Below, in pieces: positions 20,713 to 31,096 of a stretch of 64,000 nt of DNA; the stretch's first letter is position 1, and the number at the start of each line of letters is the position of its first letter. Location: contig CAWCAG010000005.1 in the NCBI GenBank assembly GCA_963793425.1, positions 1,696,001 to 1,760,000 on the forward strand, read 5' to 3'. The DNA comes from an uncultured cyanobacterium. Lineage in GTDB: Bacteria > Cyanobacteriota > Cyanobacteriia > Cyanobacteriales > CAWCAG01. The position numbers and the translations under genes are program-made. The notes beneath the pieces were generated by a model, which worked only from the letters and a program-made list of their open reading frames with translations, did not search any database and was not told the origin of the DNA.

Positions 20713-21189
20713 TTAATTATCAAAATCTTCTTCCTCTTCTTGAATACTTGCAGGTAGTTCACTATCAGAATCTAAACCTAATCCAACTCTTTCTGAATCT
20801 AGCTCCCGCAACTTCCCTAACAGAGCCATAACCTGTTCGTAGGGTATTTCATCACTAGCTTTCAGCCAAACCTTTCCTTCTTTGTTTTCGGCTAAATAAG
20901 CTTTGGTAGAAGCTAAAGCTTGTTGTTCAGTTACGGGTTGATTCTCAACTAAAACTTGCCCCTGCTCAATTGTGACAAATAAAACATCAGAAGATTCCTC
21001 TGAAGCTTGCTTACCTTCACCTTCTCCCACACTGGGCAAATCTACATTCACCCCCTCTTCATTAGAAAGACTTGTCGAAACCAACACAAAAAAGCCCAGC
21101 ACAGCAATCATGACATTAAGCATAGGAATCAGATTAATTGCTGGTAATTGAGAAGATTGTTGCTGCCGCCGACGAGTTTTGAAGCGCAT
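20713..21189 (-). CDS. exbD: Biopolymer transporter ExbD/TolR
   Basis: INLIPMLNV transmembrane segment, VDLPS, LKASDEIPYEQV. Confidence 0.85.
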   Translation of the reverse strand: MRFKTRRRQQQSSQLPAINLIPMLNVMIAVLGFFVLVSTSLSNEEGVNVDLPSVGEGEGKQASEESSDVLFVTIEQGQVLVENQPVTEQQALASTKAYLAENKEGKVWLKASDEIPYEQVMALLGKLRELDSERVGLGLDSDSELPASIQEEEEDFDN

Positions 21190-21223
21190 AATTTATAGTC
21201 AATTTAATTTAGTTATCTTTGTG

Positions 21224-21637
21224 TTAAATTATTTGAATAGCAAAAGAAACTTTTTTCTTTGCCACCTTAGCCATTTCATTTACAAGTTGCTTGATTTCAA
21301 AATAGGGAAGGGAGCGATCTGCTTTGAAGATGATAGTACTTTCAGGCTTTTCTTTGAGATAAGTTTTAATCTTTTCAGCTAATTCAGCTTGATTAACTTC
21401 TTTACCTTCAATAGTAATTTTTCTGTCTTTATCTAAAGCAATTATAAGTTTTTCTTCTGCTTGATTAATTTCTGAACTATTACTACTTCCAGGTAGTTCA
21501 AGATTAGCAATATTTTGACCAGTCAGAGTCATAGAACTAATAATGAAAAAAGTTAGCACAGACATCAATACATCTAGTAATGGGGTTAAATCGACTTCTG
21601 GAATTTTTCCTAGTTCTTTTTGTTCTCTAAATCGCAT
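21224..21637 (-). CDS. exbD: Biopolymer transporter ExbD/TolR
   Basis: VDLTPLLDVLMSVLTFFII, KADRSLPY. Confidence 0.9.
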   Translation of the reverse strand: MRFREQKELGKIPEVDLTPLLDVLMSVLTFFIISSMTLTGQNIANLELPGSSNSSEINQAEEKLIIALDKDRKITIEGKEVNQAELAEKIKTYLKEKPESTIIFKADRSLPYFEIKQLVNEMAKVAKKKVSFAIQII

Positions 21638-21734
21638 AAAATTAAAAGTAGTTTGTCACACCGAATTCCGTTACTAAACTTGACGAGAAAATAGTTGCAA
21701 CTCGTTCCCTACTTCAGCAAAATAGTACTTGATT

Positions 21735-22844
21735 TTAAGATATTCTCCTGTAGCGCATCCCTGGTAGTTTAGTAACTAAATCTAGCAATTCCAAATGCGA
21801 CAAAGCGCTTAAAATATCGCCAGAAGCTAAGCCTGTCTTCTCCACAAGCAAATCAAAAGGAATTGCGTCAGAGGTAATTGCACTTAAAACTTGCGCTAAA
21901 TCTGGGGCTAAATCTGGAGGTATTTCCACAGCAAAAGCGGGAATTTGATCTAGTTGAGGTATAGTTCCTAACATCTCCAACAAATGGCTTTCGCTAAGGA
22001 TGACTTGCCCTCCTTTATGAATTAACTCCAGGCAACCCAAAGATTGAGGATTGTCTAAAGATCCTGGTAAAGCGTAAACATCTCTGCAAAACTCATTACC
22101 ATAACGGGCTGTAATCAATGCCCCAGATCGGATAGGGGCTTCTATCACTAACACTGCTCGACATAAACCTGCAATAATACGATTACGAGGGGGAAAGTTT
22201 TGCTTGTCAGGTTTAGTACCTAATTCGTATTCACTCAAAACCAAACCCTGTTCTTGGATGCGTCGGTAAAGTTGGCTATTGCTAGCAGGATAAATTACAT
22301 CCACCCCCGTCCCTAAAACTGCAATGGTGCGTCCTCCGGCAGCTAAACAGGCACTGTGGGCTTCTTTATCAATACCTGCTGCCATACCGGAAACTATGGT
22401 AAAGCCATGCTTGGTGAGGGCTTGGCTAATTTTATGAGTCCAGCGACGGCCATATTCTGTGAGGTTGCGAGTACCAACAATGCCGACTAAGGGAACAAGC
22501 CCTTGGTTTTCTTGCAAATTAACTTCGCCACGATAATATAAAACCGTGGGCGGACTAGGAATTTCTTTTAATAAGCGTGGATAATTTTCATCCAATGGTG
22601 TCCAGAAATTGATGTTTTCTTGGTGATGTTGTTCTAAGAGTTGTTCAGGGTTGATTTGAGAACGCTTTTGGTGAATCTCCCCAATTAACTTGTCGCCAAT
22701 ACCATTAATTTGCCTTAAATATTCTTCCGGTGCAACCCAAGCTTTCCCAAGACTTCCGAAGCGTTCTTGTAAGCGCTTAACCAAGATAGGCCCTACATTT
22801 TTTATTTTAGACCATGCCAGCCAATAGGCACGTTCTTCTGTCAA
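21735..22844 (-). CDS. dprA: DNA-processing protein DprA (Smf)
   Basis: IVGTR, IVSGMAAGID, AVLGTGVD, FPPRNRIIAGL, SGALITA. Confidence 0.96.
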   Translation of the reverse strand: MTEERAYWLAWSKIKNVGPILVKRLQERFGSLGKAWVAPEEYLRQINGIGDKLIGEIHQKRSQINPEQLLEQHHQENINFWTPLDENYPRLLKEIPSPPTVLYYRGEVNLQENQGLVPLVGIVGTRNLTEYGRRWTHKISQALTKHGFTIVSGMAAGIDKEAHSACLAAGGRTIAVLGTGVDVIYPASNSQLYRRIQEQGLVLSEYELGTKPDKQNFPPRNRIIAGLCRAVLVIEAPIRSGALITARYGNEFCRDVYALPGSLDNPQSLGCLELIHKGGQVILSESHLLEMLGTIPQLDQIPAFAVEIPPDLAPDLAQVLSAITSDAIPFDLLVEKTGLASGDILSALSHLELLDLVTKLPGMRYRRIS

Positions 22845-23003
22845 GATAGTTCTCCTTCAATCATAAACTCTCAAGGATCTAATTTACTTATTGAGACGGG
22901 GAAACAGAGCTTATTTCCTCGTTAAACAATATACAGCTTTTTATCCACATCAGCTTATGTCGCTCCATCGGGTTATAAACTTTCAGTTCAATTTTTATAT
23001 AGT

Positions 23004-23022
23004 ATTGAGAATTAATAGCATT
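23004..23022. promoter_or_regulatory. Putative Fur box upstream of futA
   Basis: ATTGAGAATTAATAGCATT resembles a Fur-type A/T-rich inverted repeat, about 45 bp upstream of an iron-binding protein gene. Confidence 0.45.
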
Positions 23023-23067
23023 AAGTGTAGAATACGACGGCAGTATAAAATTCAGATATTATCAGCC

Positions 23068-24144
23068 ATGAAAACCTCCCGACGTAATTTAATAAGTATC
23101 TTAGCCGGGTTAGCTATATTAGGAACAACTAGTTGTTCCCCAACCACCTTAGAACAAACAACTGAGGGGAGTACCGAAGAAGTACCCGAAGCTGGAGAAG
23201 TAAACCTTTATTCTTCTCGCCACTATGACACCGACGAGGCTTTATATGAAGCGTTTACCGACGAGACTGGTATTGAAGTTAACTTAATTGAGGGTAAAGC
23301 AACTGAATTAATTGAAAAAATCAAAAACGAAGGTGAAAACACCCCCGCCGATGTCCTAATTACTGTAGATGTGGGTAATCTTTGGCAAGCTGAACAAGAA
23401 GGCATTTTCCAACCAGTTTCCTCTGAAGTTTTAGATGCAGCCATACCAGAAAATCTCCGTAACCCAGAAGGCTATTGGTTCGGTTTATCTAAGCGGGCGA
23501 GAGTTATTGCTTATGACCAAGATCGGGTCAAGCCGGAAGAACTTTCTAGTTATGAAGATTTAGCAGAAGAAGAATGGCAAGGGCGTGTTTGTGTTCGTAG
23601 TTCTGGTAATATTTATAATCAATCCCTCGTTGCTGCCAAGATTGCCGAAAAAGGGGAAAAGGAAACCGAAGCATGGCTTAAAGGTTTAGTCAATAATTTT
23701 GCCCGCGAACCAGAAGGAGGAGATATTTCTCAAGTTCAAGCGATCGCAGCGGGGGAATGCGATGTTGCGATTGTTAATCATTATTATGTTGCCCGTATGA
23801 TGCAGTCAGAAAAGCCGGAGGATCAAGAGGTTGTTGCGAATATTGGTGTATTTTTCCCTAACCAAGAAGAAGGAGGTACTCACGTTAATATTAGTGGGGC
23901 AGGGGTAGTCGCGAATGCACCCCACAAAGAAAATGCCATTAAGTTCATCGAATTTCTCACTACCCCAGAAGCCCAAGAAATCTTTGCTAATGGTAACAAC
24001 GAAATTCCTATGGTTGAGAGTGTTGAAGCTAACCCAACAGTTGCTAGTTTTGGAGATTTTGAAGAATCAGAATTAAACGTTGCGGCATACGGAAAAGAGA
24101 ATCCTGAAGCTGTCAAGTTGATGGATAAAGTAGGCTGGAAGTAA
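23068..24144 (+). CDS. futA: Fe(3+) ABC transporter substrate-binding protein FutA/IdiA
   Basis: VNLYSSRHYDTD, PADVLITVD, RSSGNIYNQSL, NHYY, HVNISGAG; Tat-like SRRNLI signal from ATG 23068. Confidence 0.93.
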   Translation: MKTSRRNLISILAGLAILGTTSCSPTTLEQTTEGSTEEVPEAGEVNLYSSRHYDTDEALYEAFTDETGIEVNLIEGKATELIEKIKNEGENTPADVLITVDVGNLWQAEQEGIFQPVSSEVLDAAIPENLRNPEGYWFGLSKRARVIAYDQDRVKPEELSSYEDLAEEEWQGRVCVRSSGNIYNQSLVAAKIAEKGEKETEAWLKGLVNNFAREPEGGDISQVQAIAAGECDVAIVNHYYVARMMQSEKPEDQEVVANIGVFFPNQEEGGTHVNISGAGVVANAPHKENAIKFIEFLTTPEAQEIFANGNNEIPMVESVEANPTVASFGDFEESELNVAAYGKENPEAVKLMDKVGWK

Positions 24145-24174
24145 GAGCAAAAGATTCCTCACCTTTAAAGAATT

Positions 24175-24211
24175 AAAACTTCCCCCAAAAGTGGGGGATT
24201 TGAAGTTTTTT
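24175..24211 (+). terminator. Hairpin between the convergent futA and hypothetical genes
   Basis: TCCCCCA-AAAG-TGGGGGA stem with flanking AAAACTT / AAGTTTTT. Confidence 0.5.
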
Positions 24212-25097
24212 AAATCTCTGCCCAAGCCCTTTCTATCAAACGCCTAGCCAAAGTTTGAGTCCCTGTATGTTCATAGTAGTTAGTTGCCATATCGATAAAA
24301 GCAGCTACATAATCTAACTTACTATCGGATACCTCAGCAAAGCCACTAATTTTATCCATAACTTTACTTTGGGTTGCACCGCTAGAAGTAACAAAACCAC
24401 TCATCCAACCCTTAACAGAGTCGAAACTTCTGCCAATAAAATCAAGCTTGCTATCATTGCTTTGACCCGGAATTGAATCTTTAATACTGCTGAAAGTATC
24501 ATTTTTCTCCAACTCTTTAGGGCTGAGTCGGTTTAAAGCAGCTTGGGTTTGCATGATGAAATCTGGTCCTAAAGGAATTAACCCATCTAAACAAACCAGG
24601 GCCGCCATACGCATCAAAGACTCGCCGCTATATTCCCCCAAAGAAGCAACAAAATCCCCAATACTATCTCCAGGAATACCGTTTATTTGGCAAAAAGCAA
24701 CCAATTCCACCACTAACTTAAGACTTAAATCAATAGTCTGTGCCTTATCAGCTTTGGGAGTAATCTTGCTTAACAAACCCAAAAGCTTAATCTTTTCCCC
24801 CACTTTATTCGCTAAAGCGGCGGTAGCCAAAGCTTTATCAGTACGATCTACTGTTTGATATAACCATAGCGCCCTCTGATAACCTTGGGACTTATCGTTA
24901 TATAACCAAACCGCGCGATCGCCGATTTGTTGAACCATGTCTTCATCAGTTTCTCCAGTAATCTCATGGATAGTATTCTCAAAACCGACAATATTTTCCC
25001 ACTTACCAGGAACAAAGACATCTAGAGATTTTAAAGCTTTAACGGTTAACCCTCCTTTAGGAAGTTCATCAACCAACTCAAAAATAGGTTTACTCAC
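24210..25097 (-). CDS. Conserved cyanobacterial hypothetical protein
   Basis: 295 aa; AFCQINGIPGDSIGDFV, YYEHTGTQTLARRLIERA; GTG start. Confidence 0.8.
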   Translation of the reverse strand: MSKPIFELVDELPKGGLTVKALKSLDVFVPGKWENIVGFENTIHEITGETDEDMVQQIGDRAVWLYNDKSQGYQRALWLYQTVDRTDKALATAALANKVGEKIKLLGLLSKITPKADKAQTIDLSLKLVVELVAFCQINGIPGDSIGDFVASLGEYSGESLMRMAALVCLDGLIPLGPDFIMQTQAALNRLSPKELEKNDTFSSIKDSIPGQSNDSKLDFIGRSFDSVKGWMSGFVTSSGATQSKVMDKISGFAEVSDSKLDYVAAFIDMATNYYEHTGTQTLARRLIERAWAEI

Positions 25098-25142
25098 AAT
25101 TTTCTCTCCACTTAGTTTACTAATTACTTAATTACTTACTGC

Positions 25143-25658
25143 TTATTGCAACCGTGCTAAGCCCTTGAGGTCAAACTTACTCAACCAATCTGCGCGATCG
25201 CTAGCAGTAAAGGCAGAATTTTTGGAGAGAACTTTAACTTGAAAACGGTCATCTACCAAAAGTGCAGTTGCTGTGCTACCTTGGTTCACCATCGGATAAC
25301 CAGAAATCTTATCTTTGCTCTTTTGAAATTTAACTGCCGCAGTGGGATTACTAGAAGTATCTGACACACTCAGCAAGGCAACTTCTTGACCATTTTGTTT
25401 CAATTTAGCTTGAGCAAAACCTTTTTTCTCTTGGGTATAAACCAAGTTATAGTTTCCACCAGCTTTGGGGAAAAACTTATTAAAATCGCCCCCAGTCTGA
25501 GCATCTTTAGCTACTGCCGTTGCCCCTTTTTCGGTACTTTCTTGTTGCGCTTGATCAAAACGCGAAGTCGATTCGGGGGCGCAAGCTGTTGTTACTAGTA
25601 ATAAAGTTACCAATAGACAAGAAGCTAGGATTTTTTTCCAGCGTGAGATCATCATCAA
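25143..25658 (-). CDS. Conserved hypothetical lipoprotein
   Basis: 171 aa; signal peptide with lipobox-like TTAC; FNKFFP, QEKKGFA. Confidence 0.8.
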   Translation of the reverse strand: MMMISRWKKILASCLLVTLLLVTTACAPESTSRFDQAQQESTEKGATAVAKDAQTGGDFNKFFPKAGGNYNLVYTQEKKGFAQAKLKQNGQEVALLSVSDTSSNPTAAVKFQKSKDKISGYPMVNQGSTATALLVDDRFQVKVLSKNSAFTASDRADWLSKFDLKGLARLQ

Positions 25659-25878
25659 ACTTATCCTCTTTATTGAGCCTATGTTTATAAGTCTTACCTA
25701 CTATAGAGGCACTTCTGTTATTCCTTCAGCAAGATTGTCAACTAAAGAAGTTAATCTATACCAAGATAGTTGCAGAAATATTCCCTTTTTGCCCATAACC
25801 AATACTCTATTTTTTTCCTGGTTATGAAAATGAAGTTAAATTTTGTCAATCACTCTTTTGTGTCTGCTTAGATTAACT

Positions 25879-27102
25879 ATGCGAATCTTAATTTACTCTT
25901 ACAATTACTTCCCCGAACCCATTGGTATTGCTCCTTTGATGACAGAATTAGCCGAAGGTTTAGCAGCAAGGGGTCATGAAGTTAGGGTAGTCACCGCTAT
26001 GCCTTGGTATCCCAAAAGCGAAATTTACCAGGAGTATAAAGGAAAATTATATCTTACTGAAGAGCGCAATGGAGTAAAAATTCAACGCTGTTATGTTCGT
26101 TCTAGTCCTAAGCGTAGTTTTGTTAATCGTGCTTTATTTGAAGCTAGCTTTGTCTTACTCAGCTTCTTTAAAGCCCTTCAAGGTTGGCGACCCGATGTGC
26201 TTCTATTAACTATACCTGGTTTGCCTGTAGGTGTTCCTGCGGCAGCTTTGGGTTGGTTATATCGCTGTCCGGTGGTGTTGAACTTGCAAGATATTTTACC
26301 TGATGCTGCGGTTCATGTAGGTTTACTTACCAATCAAAAACTGATTGGCATTTTTGAAAGCTTAGAAAAATTTGCTTACCGTACAGCAACAAAAATAACC
26401 GTCATTTCCAACGGCTTTATTGATAACTTAACCACAAAAAAGGTTAATAGGGAAAAAATCAAACTAATTCCTAACTGGGTTAATGTTGATTTTATTAAAC
26501 CTTTGCCCAAAGAAGATAATTATTTCCGCCGGGATAATAATCTAGAAGGTAAGTTCGTCGTCCTCTATTCTGGCAATATTGCCCTGACTCAAGGTTTAGA
26601 AACCGTCATTGAAACTGCTACTCACCTCAAAGAACTTCCTGATATTATGATTGTGATTGTTGGGGAAGAAAAAGCTTTAGAAAGATTGCGCCAGTATTGT
26701 CAAAAACTGGGGGCGGATAATGTCTTACTTCTGCCTTTTCAACCTAGGGAGAAGTTACCAGAAATGCTATCAGCAGCAGATATTGGCTTAGTGGTGCAAA
26801 AGAGTAATGTGATTTCTTTTAATATGCCCTCTAAGATTCAAGTCCTTTTAGCTAGCGGCAGGGCGATCATTGCTTCTGTACCTGCTACGGGGACTGCGGC
26901 TAAAGCCATTGAAGCTAGTGGCGGCGGTATACTTGTTCCCCCGGAAGATCCTCAAGCCTTAGCCGAGGCGATCAAGGCTTTACACTCCGAACCAGATAAA
27001 ATTAAGGTCTTAGGTCAAAACAGCCGCCAACACGCTATAGATAATTACTCGTTTACCAGCGCTTTAGACCGTTACGAAGAACTTTTTGCTACTTTAATTT
27101 AA
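25879..27102 (+). CDS. Glycosyltransferase family 4 (WcaI-like)
   Basis: MRILIYSYNYFPEPIGIA, PNWV, YSGNI, MPSK. Confidence 0.92.
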   Translation: MRILIYSYNYFPEPIGIAPLMTELAEGLAARGHEVRVVTAMPWYPKSEIYQEYKGKLYLTEERNGVKIQRCYVRSSPKRSFVNRALFEASFVLLSFFKALQGWRPDVLLLTIPGLPVGVPAAALGWLYRCPVVLNLQDILPDAAVHVGLLTNQKLIGIFESLEKFAYRTATKITVISNGFIDNLTTKKVNREKIKLIPNWVNVDFIKPLPKEDNYFRRDNNLEGKFVVLYSGNIALTQGLETVIETATHLKELPDIMIVIVGEEKALERLRQYCQKLGADNVLLLPFQPREKLPEMLSAADIGLVVQKSNVISFNMPSKIQVLLASGRAIIASVPATGTAAKAIEASGGGILVPPEDPQALAEAIKALHSEPDKIKVLGQNSRQHAIDNYSFTSALDRYEELFATLI

Positions 27103-27291
27103 GAGCTAAAATAAAAGAAATCTCTTATATAGAGACGTTGCTTTACAATGCCTCTACTTCATTCTGGGAAAAAAGTTGAAAAGCTTTATGAGCTGGCATA
27201 TTTCTTTTATACTACAATTGTCTTAAAGCCCTCATTCCTCCCCTACTCCCTGCCCACTTAACATCATTCACCAAAGGAACTAAAAAACTTA

Positions 27292-27732
27292 ATGTCAGAT
27301 AACCAATATAAGCTCCATAGTGCATCTACTGTAACCACATCAGAAGCAAAAGCAACAGCAACAGCAACAGATGATAGTCAGCGCTTCGCCCTAAGTATTG
27401 CTGAAGCCGCAGATGATCGCAAAGCAGCCGATATTGTTCTTTTGGCAGTAGCTGATGTTTCTTATCTGAGTGATTATTTTGTCATTGTTACCGGTTTTTC
27501 TCAAGCCCAGTTAAGAGCTATTTCTGAGGCGATCCAAGCAAGGGTAGAACAAGAATGGCAAAGGCAGCCGATACGTACTGAAGGAAAGACTGAAGGAAGT
27601 TGGATTCTCCACGATTACGGCGATGTTATTGTCCATATTTTCTTGCCCCAAGAAAGAGAATTTTATAACCTAGAAGCATTTTGGGGTCATGCTGAACGCA
27701 TTGATTATTCTGAAAGTGGGCAAGAAAATTAG
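27292..27732 (+). CDS. rsfS: Ribosome silencing factor (Iojap)
   Basis: [39 protein letters not shown]. Confidence 0.95.
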   Translation: MSDNQYKLHSASTVTTSEAKATATATDDSQRFALSIAEAADDRKAADIVLLAVADVSYLSDYFVIVTGFSQAQLRAISEAIQARVEQEWQRQPIRTEGKTEGSWILHDYGDVIVHIFLPQEREFYNLEAFWGHAERIDYSESGQEN

Positions 27733-27761
27733 TAATATTCTCGTTTTGCAAAGTTAAAATT

Positions 27762-28265
27762 ATGAGGGAATCTCCCGTTTCTGCATCTCCTGTACCAACA
27801 GAACAACAACCTCTGAATGAATACGAACAACTAAAAGAAGCTTGGTTTTTTCATTGGGTAACCCTAAGTCCTTTTCAGTATGGTAAGAAATTGGCTTGGG
27901 TATGGTTTTGGGGTTGGTTATTGGCTGCACCTTTAGTTGCTGCCAGTTTTTCTCCTCGGCAATATCCTTGGCAATTCGCACTTTGGGCTACTGGTGGGGC
28001 GCTATTTTTAGTGACTTTAATGGCCATACGCCTTTATTTAGGTTGGTCTTACATCTGCGATCGCCTAACAAAAGAAACAGTTTTTTATGAAGAATCTGGT
28101 TGGTACGACGGGCAAAACTGGCGAAAGCCCCCAGAAGTTCTCGCCCGCGATCGCCTAGTAGCTTCCTATCAAGTTGAGCCTATTCTACACCGCATCCAAC
28201 TTACTTTAGCGATCCTAGCTGCCTTAGCGGGTTTGTGTAGCTTTATTTGTTTCTTATTTACCTAA
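27762..28265 (+). CDS. CGLD27/Ycf36 family membrane protein
   Basis: PVPTEQQPLNEY, RLYLGWSYI, YEESGWYDGQ.W.KP. Confidence 0.9.
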   Translation: MRESPVSASPVPTEQQPLNEYEQLKEAWFFHWVTLSPFQYGKKLAWVWFWGWLLAAPLVAASFSPRQYPWQFALWATGGALFLVTLMAIRLYLGWSYICDRLTKETVFYEESGWYDGQNWRKPPEVLARDRLVASYQVEPILHRIQLTLAILAALAGLCSFICFLFT

Positions 28266-28331
28266 AATCCGGTTATCAGTTATTGTTTGACTAATGACCG
28301 ATAATCAATAACCCATGACGAACAAACAATA

Positions 28332-29285
28332 ATGACTAGGGCAAAAAGAACCAAAACTAATGCCATAGAAGTTCATTTACTTCGAGAAGGCATTACTGAA
28401 TCAATTCATCAAGTTCAAGCCGCAGTTTGCGATGATCGAGGCAGAATCTTATCAGTATCAGGTAGCTACGAAACCTCAGCTTTTATTCGTTCTGCCCTTA
28501 AGCCTTTCCAAGCCCTAGCTATTACGAGTAGCGGTATTTTGCAACGCCATGGTTTAACTGATAAGGATTTAGCAATTGTTTGTAGTTCCCATCAGGGTAC
28601 GGTAGAACAAACCAGACAAGTTTTCAATATTCTCTGGCGTTGTGATATTGATCCTTCCGTTTTACAATGTCCTATTCCTGAAGGTAAGCAGAGTCCTTTA
28701 GAACATAACTGTTCGGGGAAACACGCTGCTATGTTAGCGGTTTGTAAGCAACAAAATTGGACTTTCAACAACTATTTAAAACCTTCCCATCCTGTACAGA
28801 AATTGATTCTCCGCAAGGTTGCAGAATTATTGGCGATGCCAGGGGATGAATTTATTAGCGCCCGTGATGATTGTGGCGCACCTACCTATGGGATGCAGTT
28901 AGGACAAATGGCCGGTTTGTATGGCAAGTTGGCTTCCGGAGATGATCTTTCTTTAGAACGTATTGTCCGGGCAATGACTTATTATCCGACGATGATTGCT
29001 GGGGCTGGGGCATTTGATACAGAACTAATGCGCCTCACAGAAGCTGAAATTGTTAGTAAGTCGGGGGCTGAAGGAATTCAATGTATTGGCCGTATTGGTG
29101 AAGGTATGGGCTTAGCTATTAAAGTTATAGATGGGGCTAAGCGTGCTAAATATGCCACAGCAATCCATTTGTTACGGCAATTAGGTTGGATTAGCCCTTC
29201 GGTAGCAGAAACCTTGGCAGAGAAGTTTATTAACTTGAATGATTATAAGCGTTTAGAGGTGATTGGAGAATTAACAATGCTTTAA
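28332..29285 (+). CDS. Asparaginase (asparaginase II family)
   Basis: RSALKPFQA, SSHQG, HNCSGKHAAML, DDCGAPT, KSGAEG. Confidence 0.92.
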   Translation: MTRAKRTKTNAIEVHLLREGITESIHQVQAAVCDDRGRILSVSGSYETSAFIRSALKPFQALAITSSGILQRHGLTDKDLAIVCSSHQGTVEQTRQVFNILWRCDIDPSVLQCPIPEGKQSPLEHNCSGKHAAMLAVCKQQNWTFNNYLKPSHPVQKLILRKVAELLAMPGDEFISARDDCGAPTYGMQLGQMAGLYGKLASGDDLSLERIVRAMTYYPTMIAGAGAFDTELMRLTEAEIVSKSGAEGIQCIGRIGEGMGLAIKVIDGAKRAKYATAIHLLRQLGWISPSVAETLAEKFINLNDYKRLEVIGELTML

Positions 29286-29311
29286 TCAGGGGTGAGATTT
29301 TACAATTAGAA

Positions 29312-30562
29312 TCATTGGATCGCTTGACTAGTTTGAGGATCAAAAAGATGAACCTTTTCTAAATTAATAGAAAGCCATAAAGACTCCCCATTCCTGACAG
29401 TATGGTCTGGAGAAATTCTTACCTGTAAAGGAGCTTTGACCCCATTAACTAAATGTACAATCAGATAAGTATCATTTCCTAAAGCCTCTACCAAATCTAT
29501 TTGCACAAGTAAATTTTTGGTAGCTGGGACACTAACCACAAAATCTTCTGGGCGAACACCAAGCAATAAAGAACGACCATTGTATGGTTGAAGAGATTCT
29601 TGCCAAACTTCTGGTAAAGTAAGGCGAAACTGGGGATGGGTTATTAGTAAAGGTGCTTTCACATCCACTAACAGAAAGTTCATGGGAGGAGAACCAATAA
29701 ACTCAGCGACAAAACGATTAACTGGGTGATCGTAAATCTCTAAAGGTTTGGCTATCTGTTGAATTTCTCCTTTATTCATCACCGCAATACGATCTCCCAT
29801 AGTCATAGCTTCGGTTTGATCATGAGTAACATAAATTGTAGTGGTTCCCAACTGTTTTTGTAACTTAACTATTTGGCTACGGGTTTCTGAGCGTAATTTA
29901 GCATCAAGGTTAGATAAAGGCTCATCCATCAAAAATACTTGAGGATTGCGGGCGATCGCCCTGCCTAACGCAACCCTTTGCTTTTGCCCTCCGGAAAGCT
30001 GTTTTGGCAAGCGATTTAGCAAAGAATCTATTTGTAATAATTCCGCTACATTTTGTACCCTTTCTTCAATAACTTTCTCTTGGGCTAATCTGTAACCTAG
30101 TCTTTTCGGTAGCGATCGCGCCATTCCTTGGATCAGTTTTTTACCCCAATCTTGAAAGCCTTGGTTAGCCTCCGGAGACATTCGCCGTAGCCCAAAAGCG
30201 ATATTATCATAAACCGTTAAATGGGGATAAAGGGCATAATTTTGAAACACCATAGCTATATCCCGCTGCTTAGGAGGAAGATCATTAACCAAAGAAGACC
30301 CAACGGAGATATTCCCCCCTGTCAACTCTTCTAACCCTGCAATAACCCGCAACAAAGTACTTTTTCCACAACCGGAAGGTCCCACCAAAACCATAAATTC
30401 TCCATCTTCTACCGTCAGGTTGATGCGTCGTAAAACGCTAACGGCATTTGATCTTGAACTAGCTTCCTCAATATTTAGTTGCTTCGATGCAGATTTAGCA
30501 GTAGTTTTTTCTCTACTGCCAGGAAAACTTTTATAGACATTCTCCAAAACAACTTTCGCCAC
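29312..30562 (-). CDS. MalK-type sugar ABC transporter ATP-binding protein
   Basis: GPSGCGKST, MVFQNYALYPH, LSGGQKQRVALGRA, DEPLSNLDAKLR, FIGSPPMN. Confidence 0.93.
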   Translation of the reverse strand: MAKVVLENVYKSFPGSREKTTAKSASKQLNIEEASSRSNAVSVLRRINLTVEDGEFMVLVGPSGCGKSTLLRVIAGLEELTGGNISVGSSLVNDLPPKQRDIAMVFQNYALYPHLTVYDNIAFGLRRMSPEANQGFQDWGKKLIQGMARSLPKRLGYRLAQEKVIEERVQNVAELLQIDSLLNRLPKQLSGGQKQRVALGRAIARNPQVFLMDEPLSNLDAKLRSETRSQIVKLQKQLGTTTIYVTHDQTEAMTMGDRIAVMNKGEIQQIAKPLEIYDHPVNRFVAEFIGSPPMNFLLVDVKAPLLITHPQFRLTLPEVWQESLQPYNGRSLLLGVRPEDFVVSVPATKNLLVQIDLVEALGNDTYLIVHLVNGVKAPLQVRISPDHTVRNGESLWLSINLEKVHLFDPQTSQAIQ

Positions 30563-30803
30563 GTTGTTGCTCTCATTTTATTGGACTTTGAGCTATAGAT
30601 TACCTGATTTGCACCTCATTTTGGAGTAGTGTTACTAACCCAATCACCCAACTGTCTACCCAACAGAGTGAATAAACCCTTTGTTTTGGTTCTTGTCAAG
30701 GGGCTATTTCACGTCAATTGAGTTACTTACCTATTCTCCCACCAATGAAGGCGCAGCACTTTATATGGTTAAGACATAAAAGTTTGAAAGCCCTGCTACA
30801 GCT

Positions 30804-30983
30804 ATGTTTAACTCAATCTGTATTCGTAATTTAACCGTCTTAACTATTTTAGTTGCTGGAGTCAGCTTCAGCTTAAGCGAAGTTTACCGTCAGCCCATAG
30901 AAGGCATAAAAAGAGAACAAGCATCTCAAATGGGCAAGTTGGTAAAAATAAGATTAGCGATGAAAGCTCAGCAAATGCGTTAA
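30804..30983 (+). CDS. Small hypothetical protein (59 aa, below the ORF-track cutoff)
   Basis: Manual translation MFNSICIRNLTVLTILVAGVSFSLSEVYRQ...AQQMR*; N-terminal hydrophobic stretch; lies in an otherwise empty gap. Confidence 0.45.
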   Translation: MFNSICIRNLTVLTILVAGVSFSLSEVYRQPIEGIKREQASQMGKLVKIRLAMKAQQMR

Positions 30984-30987
30984 TTGT

Positions 30988-31015
30988 TAATGGCTAATGG
31001 CTAATGGCTAATGGC
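30988..31015. repeat. Heptamer tandem repeat (TAATGGC)4
   Basis: Direct reading. Confidence 0.85.
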
Positions 31016-31064
31016 TAGTTGCTAGTTGTTCTCACCCCAGCTCCCTAGCTCCCTAGTAGTCTAA

Positions 31065-31096
31065 CGACAACGCTTACGCGAACCCCATCTCCCTAG
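31065..31096 (-). repeat. Short dispersed repeat, copy B
   Basis: Reverse complement matches 8967-8998 at 31/32 positions. Confidence 0.8.
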
